Positions 39,192 through 49,421 are shown, numbered from the stretch's first letter. The stretch: 64,000 nt of DNA from an uncultured virus (IMG/VR IMGVR_UViG_3300035689_000001) (IMGVR_UViG_3300035689_000001); one strand, 5' to 3'. Translations and numbers: made by a program. Notes: generated from the letters alone by a model not told the origin.

Positions 39192-39905
39192 TTAAAAAAT
39201 TGCCAGGATGGAGTCCCGCAGTTGGGCGAGCCGTCCCTTCAGGGCGATGTCGTTTGGATCGTTATCAGACAGGCTCGCCGTTAACTCCTCATATTTCTGG
39301 CGGATTTCATTGGCTGAAGCTTTCTGTGGGTCAAGCCCGAAGATCTGCCAGATGCGGCCATACAGGAAGATGTTCAGGCCGTTGATGCAACCCCAACCAG
39401 TCTGTTTTTCTTCACCCGGAATGATCCCAAGCTTGTTACGGTATGCCTGTTCAGTGAAGAGGCTTGGGGACAAGGTTCTGTAAGGGGAATGTTTTAGGAA
39501 TGCTTTCCAGAGGTCTTTGTTAAACTCAGGGGTGCCAGGAGTACCATTGGCGAACCTGGTGCTGATTTCATCCCTTAATTGAGAGTACTGTTGACCTCTG
39601 GTTGCTTTTTTAAGCGTGATCGACGATAGCTCCAGGGTATTGGCTCTCAATAGTGCCGCCAGGGTCACGATCTTCCATGGGTTATTTTTAGGGAAAGTTG
39701 CATCAAAGGTCTCAATCAGCCCCGCGTGCTGAATCCTTTTCGTGATAATCAGACATCTTTTTTCCCAGCGCAGTTCTGGGTAGTCGCTTCCGTTCAGATG
39801 CTTTCTCCAGAAGCCTGCCTGCTCCAACTTGTCCCAAGCTTCTGTGTTGGCCGTGATGAGGCTCTCGTACCCCTCATCCCCGAAGCAGCGAATACTAATG
39901 GTCAT
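39192..39905 (-). CDS. Hypothetical protein, tandem paralog 2
   Basis: Shares long motifs with 39916..40680 (GFWRKH.NG.DYP, LF.EQAYR...GIIPGEE..TGWG.INGLNIFLY..IWQIFG, EIRQKYEELTA). Confidence 0.8.
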   Translation of the reverse strand: MTISIRCFGDEGYESLITANTEAWDKLEQAGFWRKHLNGSDYPELRWEKRCLIITKRIQHAGLIETFDATFPKNNPWKIVTLAALLRANTLELSSITLKKATRGQQYSQLRDEISTRFANGTPGTPEFNKDLWKAFLKHSPYRTLSPSLFTEQAYRNKLGIIPGEEKQTGWGCINGLNIFLYGRIWQIFGLDPQKASANEIRQKYEELTASLSDNDPNDIALKGRLAQLRDSILAIF

Positions 39906-39915
39906 GGTGCTACTC

Positions 39916-40680
39916 CTAGTTGTCGCTGGTTGTGTTTGCTGCTTCCAGGAGTTCGTCCATCTCGCTGAAGATTGCGATCGCCGAGTCCCGAAGTTGTGTG
40001 AGGCGTCCCTTCAGGGCGATATCGGCTGGGTTGTTGTCGCCCAGACCCGCTGTCAGCTCTTCGTATTTCTGGCGGATTTCTTCGTCAGCGTTGATCGTGG
40101 GTTCGGTGCCAAAGATCTGCCAGATTTGGTCATACAGGAAGATGTTCAGGCCATTGATGTGGCCCCAACCAGTCCGGTTTTCTTCGCCCGGAATGATCCC
40201 GATATTGGCTCGGTATGCCTGCTCAATGAAAAGCGTCTCAATTAGTTCCCTGTAGGGTGCGTTCTCTTGGAATGCGATCCAGTTCTTCTTGGTGAATCCA
40301 GACTCGCCAGGGAGTCCGCCAGCGATCGAATTCATCAGCTCTCCCTGCAGTTGCGAGAACTGTTCCCAGTCGGTAGTCCTTTCGAGCTTCATCGTAATGA
40401 GGGCAATGCTGTCCGATTCCAACAGTCTCGCGAGAGTCGTGATTTTCCAGTAGTCATTCTGGGGGAATGCTGCATCGAAGGTTTCGATCAGCCCTTCGTG
40501 CTGGATCTTTTTAGTGATGAGGAGATCCCCAAACCCCCATGTGTACCCTGGGTAATCGTCGCCGTTGAAATGCTTTCTCCAGAATCCCTGATCGTACAGG
40601 CGAGTCAACTGCTCTGCGCCGATCCGGATCATCCCGGTATGGCTTCCTTCAGAGAAGCATGAAAAATCAAGTGTTGCCAT
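39916..40680 (-). CDS. Hypothetical protein, tandem paralog 1
   Basis: See paralog 2; AT-rich promoter-like region at 40681..40790. Confidence 0.8.
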   Translation of the reverse strand: MATLDFSCFSEGSHTGMIRIGAEQLTRLYDQGFWRKHFNGDDYPGYTWGFGDLLITKKIQHEGLIETFDAAFPQNDYWKITTLARLLESDSIALITMKLERTTDWEQFSQLQGELMNSIAGGLPGESGFTKKNWIAFQENAPYRELIETLFIEQAYRANIGIIPGEENRTGWGHINGLNIFLYDQIWQIFGTEPTINADEEIRQKYEELTAGLGDNNPADIALKGRLTQLRDSAIAIFSEMDELLEAANTTSDN

Positions 40681-40866
40681 GACAAATCAATGATAAATAT
40701 ATATTATTTCTCTATTGTAAATAATATACACAGTAACGTCAATGCTTCTATATATTGAGCGTCATTTTATTGATAAATAATCTACATCGTGTGGCGATCG
40801 CGATCCCTGCATAGCACAAGCTCCCAGCCTTTCGGCAGGGGGGATTCTCTGCCGGGTGCTGGAGTT

Positions 40867-41307
40867 TTATGGGGCAATGGATTCTGCCATTTGGCGTAGT
40901 ACTTCTACTGGGGTTCCGGTGCTGGACAGCTGCTCAATCTCGTACTCGGTTGGGCGATCGCCATCCCGCAGAGCCTGTAATCGTTTTATCTGGATCTTGG
41001 CGGCCCCGGCTAATTCATCCCAGTGCTGAATCACCAGCTCCGAGATTGAGGCTGGGGGCTGGAATACGGTTCCACTTGCCCTATGGCGGCATTCCTTAAA
41101 GATCTGAATACCCACTTCTAGTTCGTTCTGAACTCGAAGGAGCCTCATAAATTCTGCGTCCCACATCGCAATGGCTCTCTCGTAACCACTGCCCTCGGAG
41201 CGATCGCCTGAAATCCAATTCGAGATGGTAGAGCGAGGTACCCCCAAGAGGGTAGCGAGTTGCTGATGAGTAGCGCCCCAACGTTCACAGAATTCCCTGG
41301 CTTTCAC
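40867..41307 (-). CDS. XRE-like HTH protein
   Basis: THQQLATLLGVPRSTISNWISG. Confidence 0.75.
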   Translation of the reverse strand: MKAREFCERWGATHQQLATLLGVPRSTISNWISGDRSEGSGYERAIAMWDAEFMRLLRVQNELEVGIQIFKECRHRASGTVFQPPASISELVIQHWDELAGAAKIQIKRLQALRDGDRPTEYEIEQLSSTGTPVEVLRQMAESIAP

Positions 41308-41678
41308 GATTTCGCCCCAGTCACCCCAAAATTATCGGCTATTAACTGCGATCCGTCACGAAACCCAGGAAATTCGTTAATTTTTCGGACCTCATCAGAC
41401 ATGGAATTTTTTTCAACATATTGAATGTAAAACCCCAGGATTCAGCCAGCGCAACGTTCCTGACGCTCTCCTGACTTATCCCGTTATGGAAAACCGATAC
41501 GAAAGAATGGAGGTTTCAGTGCCCCTCAACAACTTAAGACTGATAAAAATGGCCTCAAATGCCGATTCTTTCGTTGACTTTTGACTTATGGTGTTAAGTC
41601 TTGAGCGTTTTTGGTTGTTCGGATCGAACAACTTAGATTAATATTCGGGAAAGAGTCGTGTGTTGAAGTTTAGGTTCG

Positions 41679-42140
41679 GTGTTCGGTATGGCTAAATCAG
41701 CGTTGCGTCTTGAATACGACAGAATCCGATATGGCAACAGCGGCCAAGTAATTGGCGATCGCCAATGGGATCGTATCTGCGACATCCTGGCGATCGTTGA
41801 TGACGAGGCAGGCGATGCCATCCTGAGTCACTGGGATGACGTTCAGAACTATGCCCGTCTCCGCAAGATGTGCCCACGCGCAACCATCGGGTTGGCACAG
41901 GTGCGTCAACTGGCGGCTCTCCTGAGGTTGTTGGGCAACCACGAGGCGGACACTGATGAACTCATGCGAGCAATCCAGATGGTCTTTCAGCGGGTTCCGC
42001 ACGAACAAACGATACGGCGCTGGATGCAGAACGCTGGCCTGAAGTATGGCCGCCGGAAAAAATACAGCCCGCAAGAAATGCAAATCATGGTTCCGATCCT
42101 GGTCGGGCGCAGGACTCACTACCAGGAACAGTTCGCCTAA
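41679..42140 (+). CDS. Hypothetical, possibly DNA-binding protein
   Basis: PHEQTIRRWMQNAGLKY HTH-like C-terminus; first gene of a plus-strand block. Confidence 0.55.
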   Translation: MFGMAKSALRLEYDRIRYGNSGQVIGDRQWDRICDILAIVDDEAGDAILSHWDDVQNYARLRKMCPRATIGLAQVRQLAALLRLLGNHEADTDELMRAIQMVFQRVPHEQTIRRWMQNAGLKYGRRKKYSPQEMQIMVPILVGRRTHYQEQFA

Positions 42141-42158
42141 TTTACAGGGGTAAAAATA

Positions 42159-42731
42159 ATGTCAAGAAGACAAACGGGTTTCGCCAAGCTGGTTACAATG
42201 TTGCGGGCCAACGGGATGACGGTCAATGAAGACGGTCTAAAAGAGTTGCTCAAAATGTCGGGCATCGATCCTGAGGAACTTCAGGATGCTCAGATCCCTG
42301 GTCTGGTCAATCAACTGTTAGAGCAATTGGCCAACAGTCAAACCGGAGCATTGGTTGCCGCTCCCGTGTCGTCTCCAGTGACTGGCAACCGTGGACAGAA
42401 GAACTTAACGGTCCCGACTATGCCGGTCGATGCCCAGGCCGCAAACCAACAGGGTTCTACTGCCGGGATGGGGGCGATCGCCCAACAGGTGGAACGGTCC
42501 CGCCAGATGACAGGCCAGATCCTTCAGGGATTGGATGCAGAGGCGATCGCCCAGGCTCAGCTCCTATACGAGCGCACTCAATCGCTTCCTCACGATGTTT
42601 TGAACCTGGTGGGGTTGGCGTATAGCCAGGGAGGTGCCGCTGACGACGGCCACTTTCAAACAGGAATTGGTGCAATCTTTGCGCACTCTCAAGACCATCC
42701 AGGTCTTGATGCAACCCCAACGGTGGCATAG
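42159..42731 (+). CDS. Hypothetical protein
   Basis: 190 aa with RBS. Confidence 0.6.
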   Translation: MSRRQTGFAKLVTMLRANGMTVNEDGLKELLKMSGIDPEELQDAQIPGLVNQLLEQLANSQTGALVAAPVSSPVTGNRGQKNLTVPTMPVDAQAANQQGSTAGMGAIAQQVERSRQMTGQILQGLDAEAIAQAQLLYERTQSLPHDVLNLVGLAYSQGGAADDGHFQTGIGAIFAHSQDHPGLDATPTVA

Positions 42732-42778
42732 TGCTGCCCTTACGGCGATCGCGGCTCTGATGGGCCTGACCTTGATCT

Positions 42779-43648
42779 TTGGAGTTATCGGATATGCAGC
42801 TACCAATCAGCCCCAAACCCCAACCCCAAGCACCTCCTCAGGAAGAACCAACTGATCAGTCAGTGGCGACTCCCGTGGATCAGGTGCAACCGATGGGACA
42901 AGAGGAAATTCCTGCGATCGCGATCGCATGGGAATCTAATCCAGTCCCGGCGAGCCAGATCGTCAGGATGGCGGCACCGTACCAGGAGGGGGTGATTGGT
43001 GGTTCAGGGGGGTATCCGGGGGGCTACGGTCTAGCGACTGCGCCCCCCACCCAGGTTGGGGTCTTCTACGATCCAGCGACCAATAACTATGTTTCGACTC
43101 CGCCAGAACGTTTTCCTCGCGAGTTGCTCGGCATAGTCAAAATCTTCCTGGTAGGTTGCTTCGGGTTGGCTGGGGTCTGGATGTTTTTGAAGGTTCTGGA
43201 ATCAAGCCCCAACGCAATGATGGGAGCGATCACCAAATCTGCGATCGAAACACCCCGGACCATCAATCTCAGCGTTGAGTGCAGCGGCTTCTTGACCCAA
43301 TGCCCGCCAATCCCAAGCGACATCCTGACAAAGGCTGTTTCCCCAACGACCACTACGGTCCAGAACACGCCGACCGGGGTATCGGTCCAGACAGCCGTTT
43401 CTCAGCCTGCCGCCGCCGCTCCCCCGGCAATGCCCCAAGTGCAACAGTTCGTCCAGGTGCAACCTGGCACTCAACTGATGAACCAAAACGGGGATGTTGT
43501 CCGGCCCATCGGGACAAATGAATCCATTGGTCTGACGGGACTCGGGGGCGCAAACGACAAAGGGGTGCAATTCCAGGAGGTGGTGGTTCAGTCTCCCGAT
43601 GGGAGCAGTGCTCATGGCTGGATTCAGGACGGTCAAATCATTAGATAG
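42779..43648 (+). CDS. Pro/Gln-rich single-pass membrane protein with possible SH3-like C-terminus
   Basis: TM segment LLGIVKIFLVGCFGLAGVWMFL; C-terminal QEVVVQ....AHGWI. Confidence 0.55.
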   Translation: MELSDMQLPISPKPQPQAPPQEEPTDQSVATPVDQVQPMGQEEIPAIAIAWESNPVPASQIVRMAAPYQEGVIGGSGGYPGGYGLATAPPTQVGVFYDPATNNYVSTPPERFPRELLGIVKIFLVGCFGLAGVWMFLKVLESSPNAMMGAITKSAIETPRTINLSVECSGFLTQCPPIPSDILTKAVSPTTTTVQNTPTGVSVQTAVSQPAAAAPPAMPQVQQFVQVQPGTQLMNQNGDVVRPIGTNESIGLTGLGGANDKGVQFQEVVVQSPDGSSAHGWIQDGQIIR

Positions 43649-44142
43649 GTACCAAGCCAACAAGTCCGATTGACGATGTACTGAACGGTGGACATGCTGT
43701 CCTGATCCACGGGGAGACCCGCAGCGGCAAGACAACTCTTTTGCTCCAGGCAGTTGCCCGGTTTCAGTCCCTTCATCCCGACGCCATTATTTTCCTGTTG
43801 GCTTGCGATGCCAACCTTTCGGCGCACGGATTGAGTGAGTCGCAAACCTTTACCCATGAGTCGGACCCATCAAAGTTTGGCGAAAATCTGAGCCGCGTCA
43901 TGGAGATCGCTAATGGTCGCGAGTGGGGTGGGGTGAAAACTCCGCCCGTGCTCCTGGCCTACGATTTTGACGCAGGCAACCAGCAGTTAGTTCACAACCC
44001 AGAAGCGTTTTCGAGCCTTCTGCTCCGGGGGCGTGACGTTGGTGTCACGACCTGGATGACGGCACAGGTCGATAGCACTCATGCGACTCGAACCTCTCCG
44101 TCAATTCGAAACGGCATGACCAAGATTCATCTATCTCGGTAA
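43645..44142 (+). CDS. Short P-loop ATPase-like protein; start codon non-canonical or gene degenerate
   Basis: Open frame upstream of the listed 43741 start encodes VLIHGETRSGKTTLL (Walker A); LLLRGRDVGV..WMTAQ is FtsK-like; only ATA/ATT/CTG starts precede Walker A. Confidence 0.55.
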   Translation: MGTKPTSPIDDVLNGGHAVLIHGETRSGKTTLLLQAVARFQSLHPDAIIFLLACDANLSAHGLSESQTFTHESDPSKFGENLSRVMEIANGREWGGVKTPPVLLAYDFDAGNQQLVHNPEAFSSLLLRGRDVGVTTWMTAQVDSTHATRTSPSIRNGMTKIHLSR

Positions 44143-44194
44143 CGGTCCAGTTCAGGGTGCGATCGCCACATTCATTGTTTTTAGCAGGAGCGTC

Positions 44195-44662
44195 ATGCTA
44201 AACCGAGTCGTTAATGCTGTCGTAAGTGCAGCAACAGGAAAAGACCTAGTTCAACCCAAAGGTGTCGCCGGGACAGCCCCCGCGATTCCGCTAGGGATTT
44301 CTGGCTCCATCCCGTTTAACCGGGATGGGGCGAACCAGGTCAGCCACTTTGCAAACCTGCCGACTAGCGTTGGGCGTCAAACCGCTATCGACGCTACCAA
44401 GGACGCAGCCAAAGCCAAGATGGCCCTGATGCACTACAAACAGTATGCGAAGGCACAGGGCCAACAAATGCAGCTTGCGACGCAATTGCACAACGTTCGG
44501 GCGCAACATGCAATGCGGGCGATGCAGGTATCCCAACAGGTTGAGCAGACCGATCTTCGATTTGGCGAAGCGCTTTACCAGCACGGCTTTAACCGTGATG
44601 TGAATCGCGCAACCGTTAGCGGTTGGGAAGCCGCGTACCAGCAAGCAGAGACTATTTGGTGA
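44195..44662 (+). CDS. Hypothetical Ala/Gln-rich protein
   Basis: 155 aa, AGGAG RBS. Confidence 0.65.
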   Translation: MLNRVVNAVVSAATGKDLVQPKGVAGTAPAIPLGISGSIPFNRDGANQVSHFANLPTSVGRQTAIDATKDAAKAKMALMHYKQYAKAQGQQMQLATQLHNVRAQHAMRAMQVSQQVEQTDLRFGEALYQHGFNRDVNRATVSGWEAAYQQAETIW

Positions 44663-44958
44663 TCATCATGACGCTTTACTTAGTTGGCTGGGGGGCTATT
44701 GGATTCACTATTGTGACGCTGTTGGCGCACCTAACGGTGGCGTATCCACCCTTTCGGTTAGGCGGGATTTTTCTGCTGGGCCTAACGGTCGTGGCGATCG
44801 CCATCCTGACGTTCAACCGTATCGGTATCCAAAAGGCACAGCTCCGGGATAAGTTCCGGGGCTTCGATGCCGTAGCGGCCAATGCCCCTCTGTTTCCATT
44901 CATCTTTGGCCTGGTGGCGGCGATCGCCATCGGGTTTTGGACAGGGATTCGTCCGTAA
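44659..44958 (+). CDS. Small three-TM membrane protein
   Basis: Three hydrophobic segments; GTGA overlap with the previous stop. Confidence 0.6.
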   Translation: MIIMTLYLVGWGAIGFTIVTLLAHLTVAYPPFRLGGIFLLGLTVVAIAILTFNRIGIQKAQLRDKFRGFDAVAANAPLFPFIFGLVAAIAIGFWTGIRP

Positions 44959-45040
44959 TCATCAAACAAAAAACACTTCGCCCTGAAAAGGTTTGCGGAT
45001 TGGAAATTTATGAAAGCGATCGCATCTGATCGCCACCGAC

Positions 45041-46882
45041 ATGACACAGCAACTCCAGCCACGCCCATCTATTAGTCCGCTGTTCGAGGCAGAGTACCAA
45101 ACGGTTAAGCCTGCCGTGACAGCGGATCGGTTGTTCATGGGGATAACCGGAGCGTTGTTTTGCTTCGGTCTATGTTTTCCGATCTTCTTTCCGGCGTCCC
45201 CCAAGCTGATGAGAACTCTTTCGATTGTCACCGCTTTGGTGGCAGCCGGAGGTTTCACCGCCACGGCGCGGCCATCTGAGGAGAAAGAGCAGTTTCAGGA
45301 GAAGATCCGCAAAGCGCGGGCCGCAATGCTGGACAACCAGATGAAGTCAGAGGTTGCGTTCAACCTGGCGCAACAGAAGGCCCAGACTCAACAGCGGCTC
45401 CTCTACTGGGTGATGCAGCAACCGCCAGAACAGAGAGTGTACTGGCTACAGCACTATGGGTTGATGGGTCTGGTGCCACCGCCTCCACCTCCTGCCCAGA
45501 CGGTGGATGTGGAGGCGACATCTGTTGGTGGCCAGACGGTCGCAATGCCCCAGCATTTGTCGCAACAGGTTGGGGTGCAACAGGCGATCGCCCAGCAGCA
45601 GCAACTTGATACTTCCTGGTTCGATAAATTCAGGAAGCGGTCAGGAATCATCTGCGGGGAAAGCAAGGACGGGAAATCATACCTGCTACAGTACGACCTG
45701 GGTTGCTTCATCATGGAGAACCAGGATAATCCTTGCGAGATATTTGTTGGTGACCCGGACTATGGTTCGTCTCACGACGACGGAGAACCAAACAATTGGC
45801 TGGGCCTGGAGGCTGGTAAACAGATCTACTACAAGCCGGGTGACATCATCAAGACGGTTCGGCACGTCAACAAGATCGTCAACAGTCGAGTTGACGCAAC
45901 TGCTGATGCGATGGCGAAGGGCAAGGAAGCAGAGATTGACAAGTATCCTGTCCTCTTGATAATTGACGAGCTGCCCGCTGTCGTCAGCATCCTCCAGAAA
46001 GATGAACGTGATGAATTCGTAGAAATCATCTGCAATATCCTTCGGCGTGGCCTGAAGCAGAACGTGCGGTTCCGGCTCGGCACCCAGACCCTTGCGGTCC
46101 AGCGCACGAAGCTGGGTCAAGACATCCTGCAGCAAACCGAAATCGTAATGCTATGGCGTGCTGCCCAGGTCGAGGAGAATTACCGAAACCTGGGGATGCG
46201 GGATGGACTGGCAAAGCAGGCGGCGGATGCTGTCGCCCAATTGCCCCGCAAGCTAGGGGAGTCATTCGTCTGTGTTGCGTATCTCGAAAAGAAACCGCAG
46301 ATTCGTGGCATCCCGACGATCAAGCCAATCCAGCTGGTGAACCAACCTCAGCAGGATCCCTACGAAACCTGGGACGAACAATATCAGGATAAGTTTGGTG
46401 GACAACCAGAGGCGGACTTGAAGGCGCAACAACCTGCCGATGCCCCACCTGAGGAACCTGCTAAGCCAGTAGACCCGATGGTCCTCATGACCGAATGGCT
46501 CAATGGCCTGACGGTGTTCCCATCTGATGAAGCGATCGCCCAACAGTGGAAGGGCATCACGGGTCAGGACTTGACGACGGAAGCGATCGGGGTGTTGCGC
46601 TCCCTCATGGCGAAGGCTTCCCCTCGGGACAAGAAGGGTTTCAGCCATTTCTATACCCTCTACATCAAGTCGGGGCAATGGCGGGCAGTTCGGCAGCAAG
46701 TGCTGGAACGCGACAAGTGTTGCCAGACTTGCAGCACTAAAGATCGGCTGGAAGTGCATCATCGTCCAGAGGCTTACCACACCTTGGGGAACGAATCTTT
46801 GTCAGACCTCATAACCCTATGTCATGGGTGCCATGAGGCCATCACGAAAAAAATCCGTAGCGACCGAAGGAGGGCAGCTTAA
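45041..46882 (+). CDS. Membrane-anchored FtsK/TraB-like ATPase fused to a C-terminal HNH nuclease domain
   Basis: Two N-terminal TMs; ICGESKDGKS Walker A; LLIIDELP Walker B; ILRRG...LGTQ; W..VRQQVLERDKCCQTC....LEVHH...N..L.DLITLCHGCH. Confidence 0.8.
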   Translation: MTQQLQPRPSISPLFEAEYQTVKPAVTADRLFMGITGALFCFGLCFPIFFPASPKLMRTLSIVTALVAAGGFTATARPSEEKEQFQEKIRKARAAMLDNQMKSEVAFNLAQQKAQTQQRLLYWVMQQPPEQRVYWLQHYGLMGLVPPPPPPAQTVDVEATSVGGQTVAMPQHLSQQVGVQQAIAQQQQLDTSWFDKFRKRSGIICGESKDGKSYLLQYDLGCFIMENQDNPCEIFVGDPDYGSSHDDGEPNNWLGLEAGKQIYYKPGDIIKTVRHVNKIVNSRVDATADAMAKGKEAEIDKYPVLLIIDELPAVVSILQKDERDEFVEIICNILRRGLKQNVRFRLGTQTLAVQRTKLGQDILQQTEIVMLWRAAQVEENYRNLGMRDGLAKQAADAVAQLPRKLGESFVCVAYLEKKPQIRGIPTIKPIQLVNQPQQDPYETWDEQYQDKFGGQPEADLKAQQPADAPPEEPAKPVDPMVLMTEWLNGLTVFPSDEAIAQQWKGITGQDLTTEAIGVLRSLMAKASPRDKKGFSHFYTLYIKSGQWRAVRQQVLERDKCCQTCSTKDRLEVHHRPEAYHTLGNESLSDLITLCHGCHEAITKKIRSDRRRAA

Positions 46883-47217
46883 TGTATTCAGGTTTCGATC
46901 AGTTGTTTGATGAAGCAGCGGCAGCATTTGGTGACGCGATCGCCACTCAAGACGCATACGCAGCCCTCCAGTTGCAGGATGCAGCGGTAGATTATGCGAT
47001 CTTCCAGTCTGATCAACAGGTGCAGTACGCAGAGCGCAGGGTGGCGAACCAGAAGTTTGTCCTGGCTGACCAGATCGCCGCCCAGGAGGTGCAGGACTTA
47101 GGCGATGAAATCATTGGCTATGCCCAGAACTACAACCTGCCAGAGGTCGCGGAACGGGTGTATCAGTTCCGACAGGACATCCGGGCAGCAGAAATTGAAG
47201 GATTCACGGGGGCATAA
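46882..47217 (+). CDS. Hypothetical acidic helical protein
   Basis: 111 aa, TAATG coupling to the ATPase-HNH gene. Confidence 0.65.
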   Translation: MYSGFDQLFDEAAAAFGDAIATQDAYAALQLQDAAVDYAIFQSDQQVQYAERRVANQKFVLADQIAAQEVQDLGDEIIGYAQNYNLPEVAERVYQFRQDIRAAEIEGFTGA

Positions 47218-47220
47218 AAT

Positions 47221-48033
47221 ATGCAACGGCAGAGACCCAGGGATAATAGACGCTTTCGGCGGTTGACCATCGCGATCACCAGCTTTTTTCTATTGGGGTT
47301 GGGGATTGCGATCGCCCCGATGGCTTTCTCGCAACAGTCGAGCGTCATCACGCCAGGGCCTGTGCGGATCGGTGGCGGCATTACCCCGATGGTGCGGATC
47401 GGGAGTGCTCAGACGATCACCCCGAATCAGCCGATTGCTCCAGCTTCTGGTGTTGCGAATGTACCGCAGGCGATCGCCTCACCATCCCCGGCCCCTGTCG
47501 CCACACCTGCCAGCGGCATCATCGACAAGGTGAATTACTACACCGTCAAGGGCGATTCAGCCGACGCACTGGCGAACCAGATGAAGCGACTGGGATATCA
47601 AGAGCCGGGGGCTGATCCAGCCCAGGACAGGTTTTATGGTGGCACCCGCTATCGCCCTGACTACACCCTCGTGACAGTCCAGCAAGGCGGCAACTGTACC
47701 GCTGCTGCCTCCACCCTGACGACCACCATCACCAAGACGTTGCCCCAGTGGCCGGACGCTGAATCAGCATCCCCCATCCTGGCGTCTCAGTGGAAAACTT
47801 TCATGGAAGCATTGGTGCGCCATGAGGAACATCACCGACAACTGGGGATTCAGGCGCACCATGAAATTCGCCAGATCCTTGATACTGCTGTGGCACCAGA
47901 TTGTAATGCTGTCACAGCCCTAGTGCAGCAACAGGTGAGCGACGTAATGCGACGCCATCAGCAGTTGAATCAAGAGATTGATGACAGGACGCAGCACGGC
48001 ATCCTGGAAGGTGCCGTATTCCCACCCGCATAA
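47221..48033 (+). CDS. Secreted zincin-like protein (DUF922-like)
   Basis: Signal/TM segment; YYTVKG, TLPQW, W..F...LVRHEEHH, D..TQHG. Confidence 0.75.
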   Translation: MQRQRPRDNRRFRRLTIAITSFFLLGLGIAIAPMAFSQQSSVITPGPVRIGGGITPMVRIGSAQTITPNQPIAPASGVANVPQAIASPSPAPVATPASGIIDKVNYYTVKGDSADALANQMKRLGYQEPGADPAQDRFYGGTRYRPDYTLVTVQQGGNCTAAASTLTTTITKTLPQWPDAESASPILASQWKTFMEALVRHEEHHRQLGIQAHHEIRQILDTAVAPDCNAVTALVQQQVSDVMRRHQQLNQEIDDRTQHGILEGAVFPPA

Positions 48034-48050
48034 GGAGGCGAGGAGTCGCT

Positions 48051-48272
48051 ATGCCGGATCTGATCGGAATCGGAATAGTTTTGTTGTTTCTGGGGCTACT
48101 GGCTTGGGTGCTGGTGCCGAAAGGGAGCATCAAAAGCAAGGACAAGGCAAATGCGCTTGACCGCTACTTGATAGATGACATCCTTGATAAAGAGGCCGGG
48201 AAGATTCGGAAGTTGTCCCCCGGTGGACGAGCGGAACTAATCAGCAGGATCAACAAGGTTGAAGCCAAATGA
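48051..48272 (+). CDS. Small membrane protein
   Basis: N-terminal TM, AGGAG RBS. Confidence 0.6.
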   Translation: MPDLIGIGIVLLFLGLLAWVLVPKGSIKSKDKANALDRYLIDDILDKEAGKIRKLSPGGRAELISRINKVEAK

Positions 48273-48721
48273 TGCAAACAATATCGCAAAACAAATACAC
48301 TTCACGAAATCGCAACAACAAATTTGCTTGCTTCATTGAACTTCTCTATTCCTCTAATCCCCACGGTTACCACTGGCAGGTATGGTCTTGCGTTAACGAC
48401 GAACCAGGGGAGATCGTCCGACAGTCTGATGATCTCGACGAGGATGAGGCCAGTTCTGCCCGCTGGGCAGAATCTAACGCGGAACAATACCTAGGTCAGT
48501 TGCAGATTGATGACCCTGGCCAGATTGCTCGCTGGTGGGGCGATCGCCCATCAACCGATGTCATTATCCCAAGGGAAACCTTGGAGGCAATGCCGGGGGA
48601 ATGGCAGGGGCGGTTTATTGAACTGATGCAGGAGCTGGAGCACGAACCAGCTACCGAAGACATCCAGCCCAAATATTTTCAGGTATCGGGCGGCGAAATC
48701 ATGCGGTTCATCAAGCAGTAG
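48269..48721 (+). CDS. Hypothetical protein
   Basis: 150 aa, ATGA coupling; VIIPRETLEAMPGEWQGRFIELMQEL looks like a conserved phage motif. Confidence 0.55.
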   Translation: MMQTISQNKYTSRNRNNKFACFIELLYSSNPHGYHWQVWSCVNDEPGEIVRQSDDLDEDEASSARWAESNAEQYLGQLQIDDPGQIARWWGDRPSTDVIIPRETLEAMPGEWQGRFIELMQELEHEPATEDIQPKYFQVSGGEIMRFIKQ

Positions 48722-48799
48722 GGTGAGAGCTACCGCTACATCAGCCTGTCGCGGCCCCATCAGGATTGGAGATTCCGCGAGCGCATTTTTGAAGAAAAG

Positions 48800-49105
48800 A
48801 TGCAACCGCTAGATGAATCAGCCGTCGCAGAAGTCGTTGAGGGCGCGAAGCAGACGATCGCCGGGATAGCGAACGCAAAACGGTATCTAAAAGGCGCGTA
48901 TGAATTCCTTGAGCAGATGTCCCGCGATGAATTGATCATCGCGCTCGCCAATGAACTTTTTGACAGCACGACGTATGCCCACAGCTTGTCACTGGTTTAT
49001 GACCAGATAACTTGCAGCAGGATCTCAAAGCCAAACACTCACCCCAGCACCGCCCTGTCCGTCATGGAAGAGTTCTGGAGCCTGAAAGAAGATGATGACG
49101 AGTAA
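48800..49105 (+). CDS. Hypothetical protein
   Basis: 101 aa, co-oriented. Confidence 0.5.
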   Translation: MQPLDESAVAEVVEGAKQTIAGIANAKRYLKGAYEFLEQMSRDELIIALANELFDSTTYAHSLSLVYDQITCSRISKPNTHPSTALSVMEEFWSLKEDDDE

Positions 49106-49421
49106 AGGGGGGCGGAGGGGGCGATCGCCCTACAGCGTTAAGGTGCTGATCAGAAAGCGGCTCTGGTATGAAGATTTCGCATTCCAGGTATTTGGGTGCT
49201 TTGGCCTTTGGGCATGGTGCTGTAGCCGGATGGCAAAACGTTGCTCGGAGAACACCCCCGGATGGGTAATCCTTTCGTTGGTACCGCTGTCGCTTCTTAT
49301 GGGAGCCTGGTGCGTCATATTTGGGGCTTTGATCTTTCTGATCGCTGCTGTATGTGATGCTGTTGCGTGGAGTTGGCGATCGCTCCGGCCACCCACAAGA
49401 ATCGATTCTGAAGATTGGTAA
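49092..49421 (+). CDS. Hypothetical membrane protein
   Basis: 109 aa with hydrophobic segments. Confidence 0.45.
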   Translation: MMTSKGGRRGRSPYSVKVLIRKRLWYEDFAFQVFGCFGLWAWCCSRMAKRCSENTPGWVILSLVPLSLLMGAWCVIFGALIFLIAAVCDAVAWSWRSLRPPTRIDSEDW

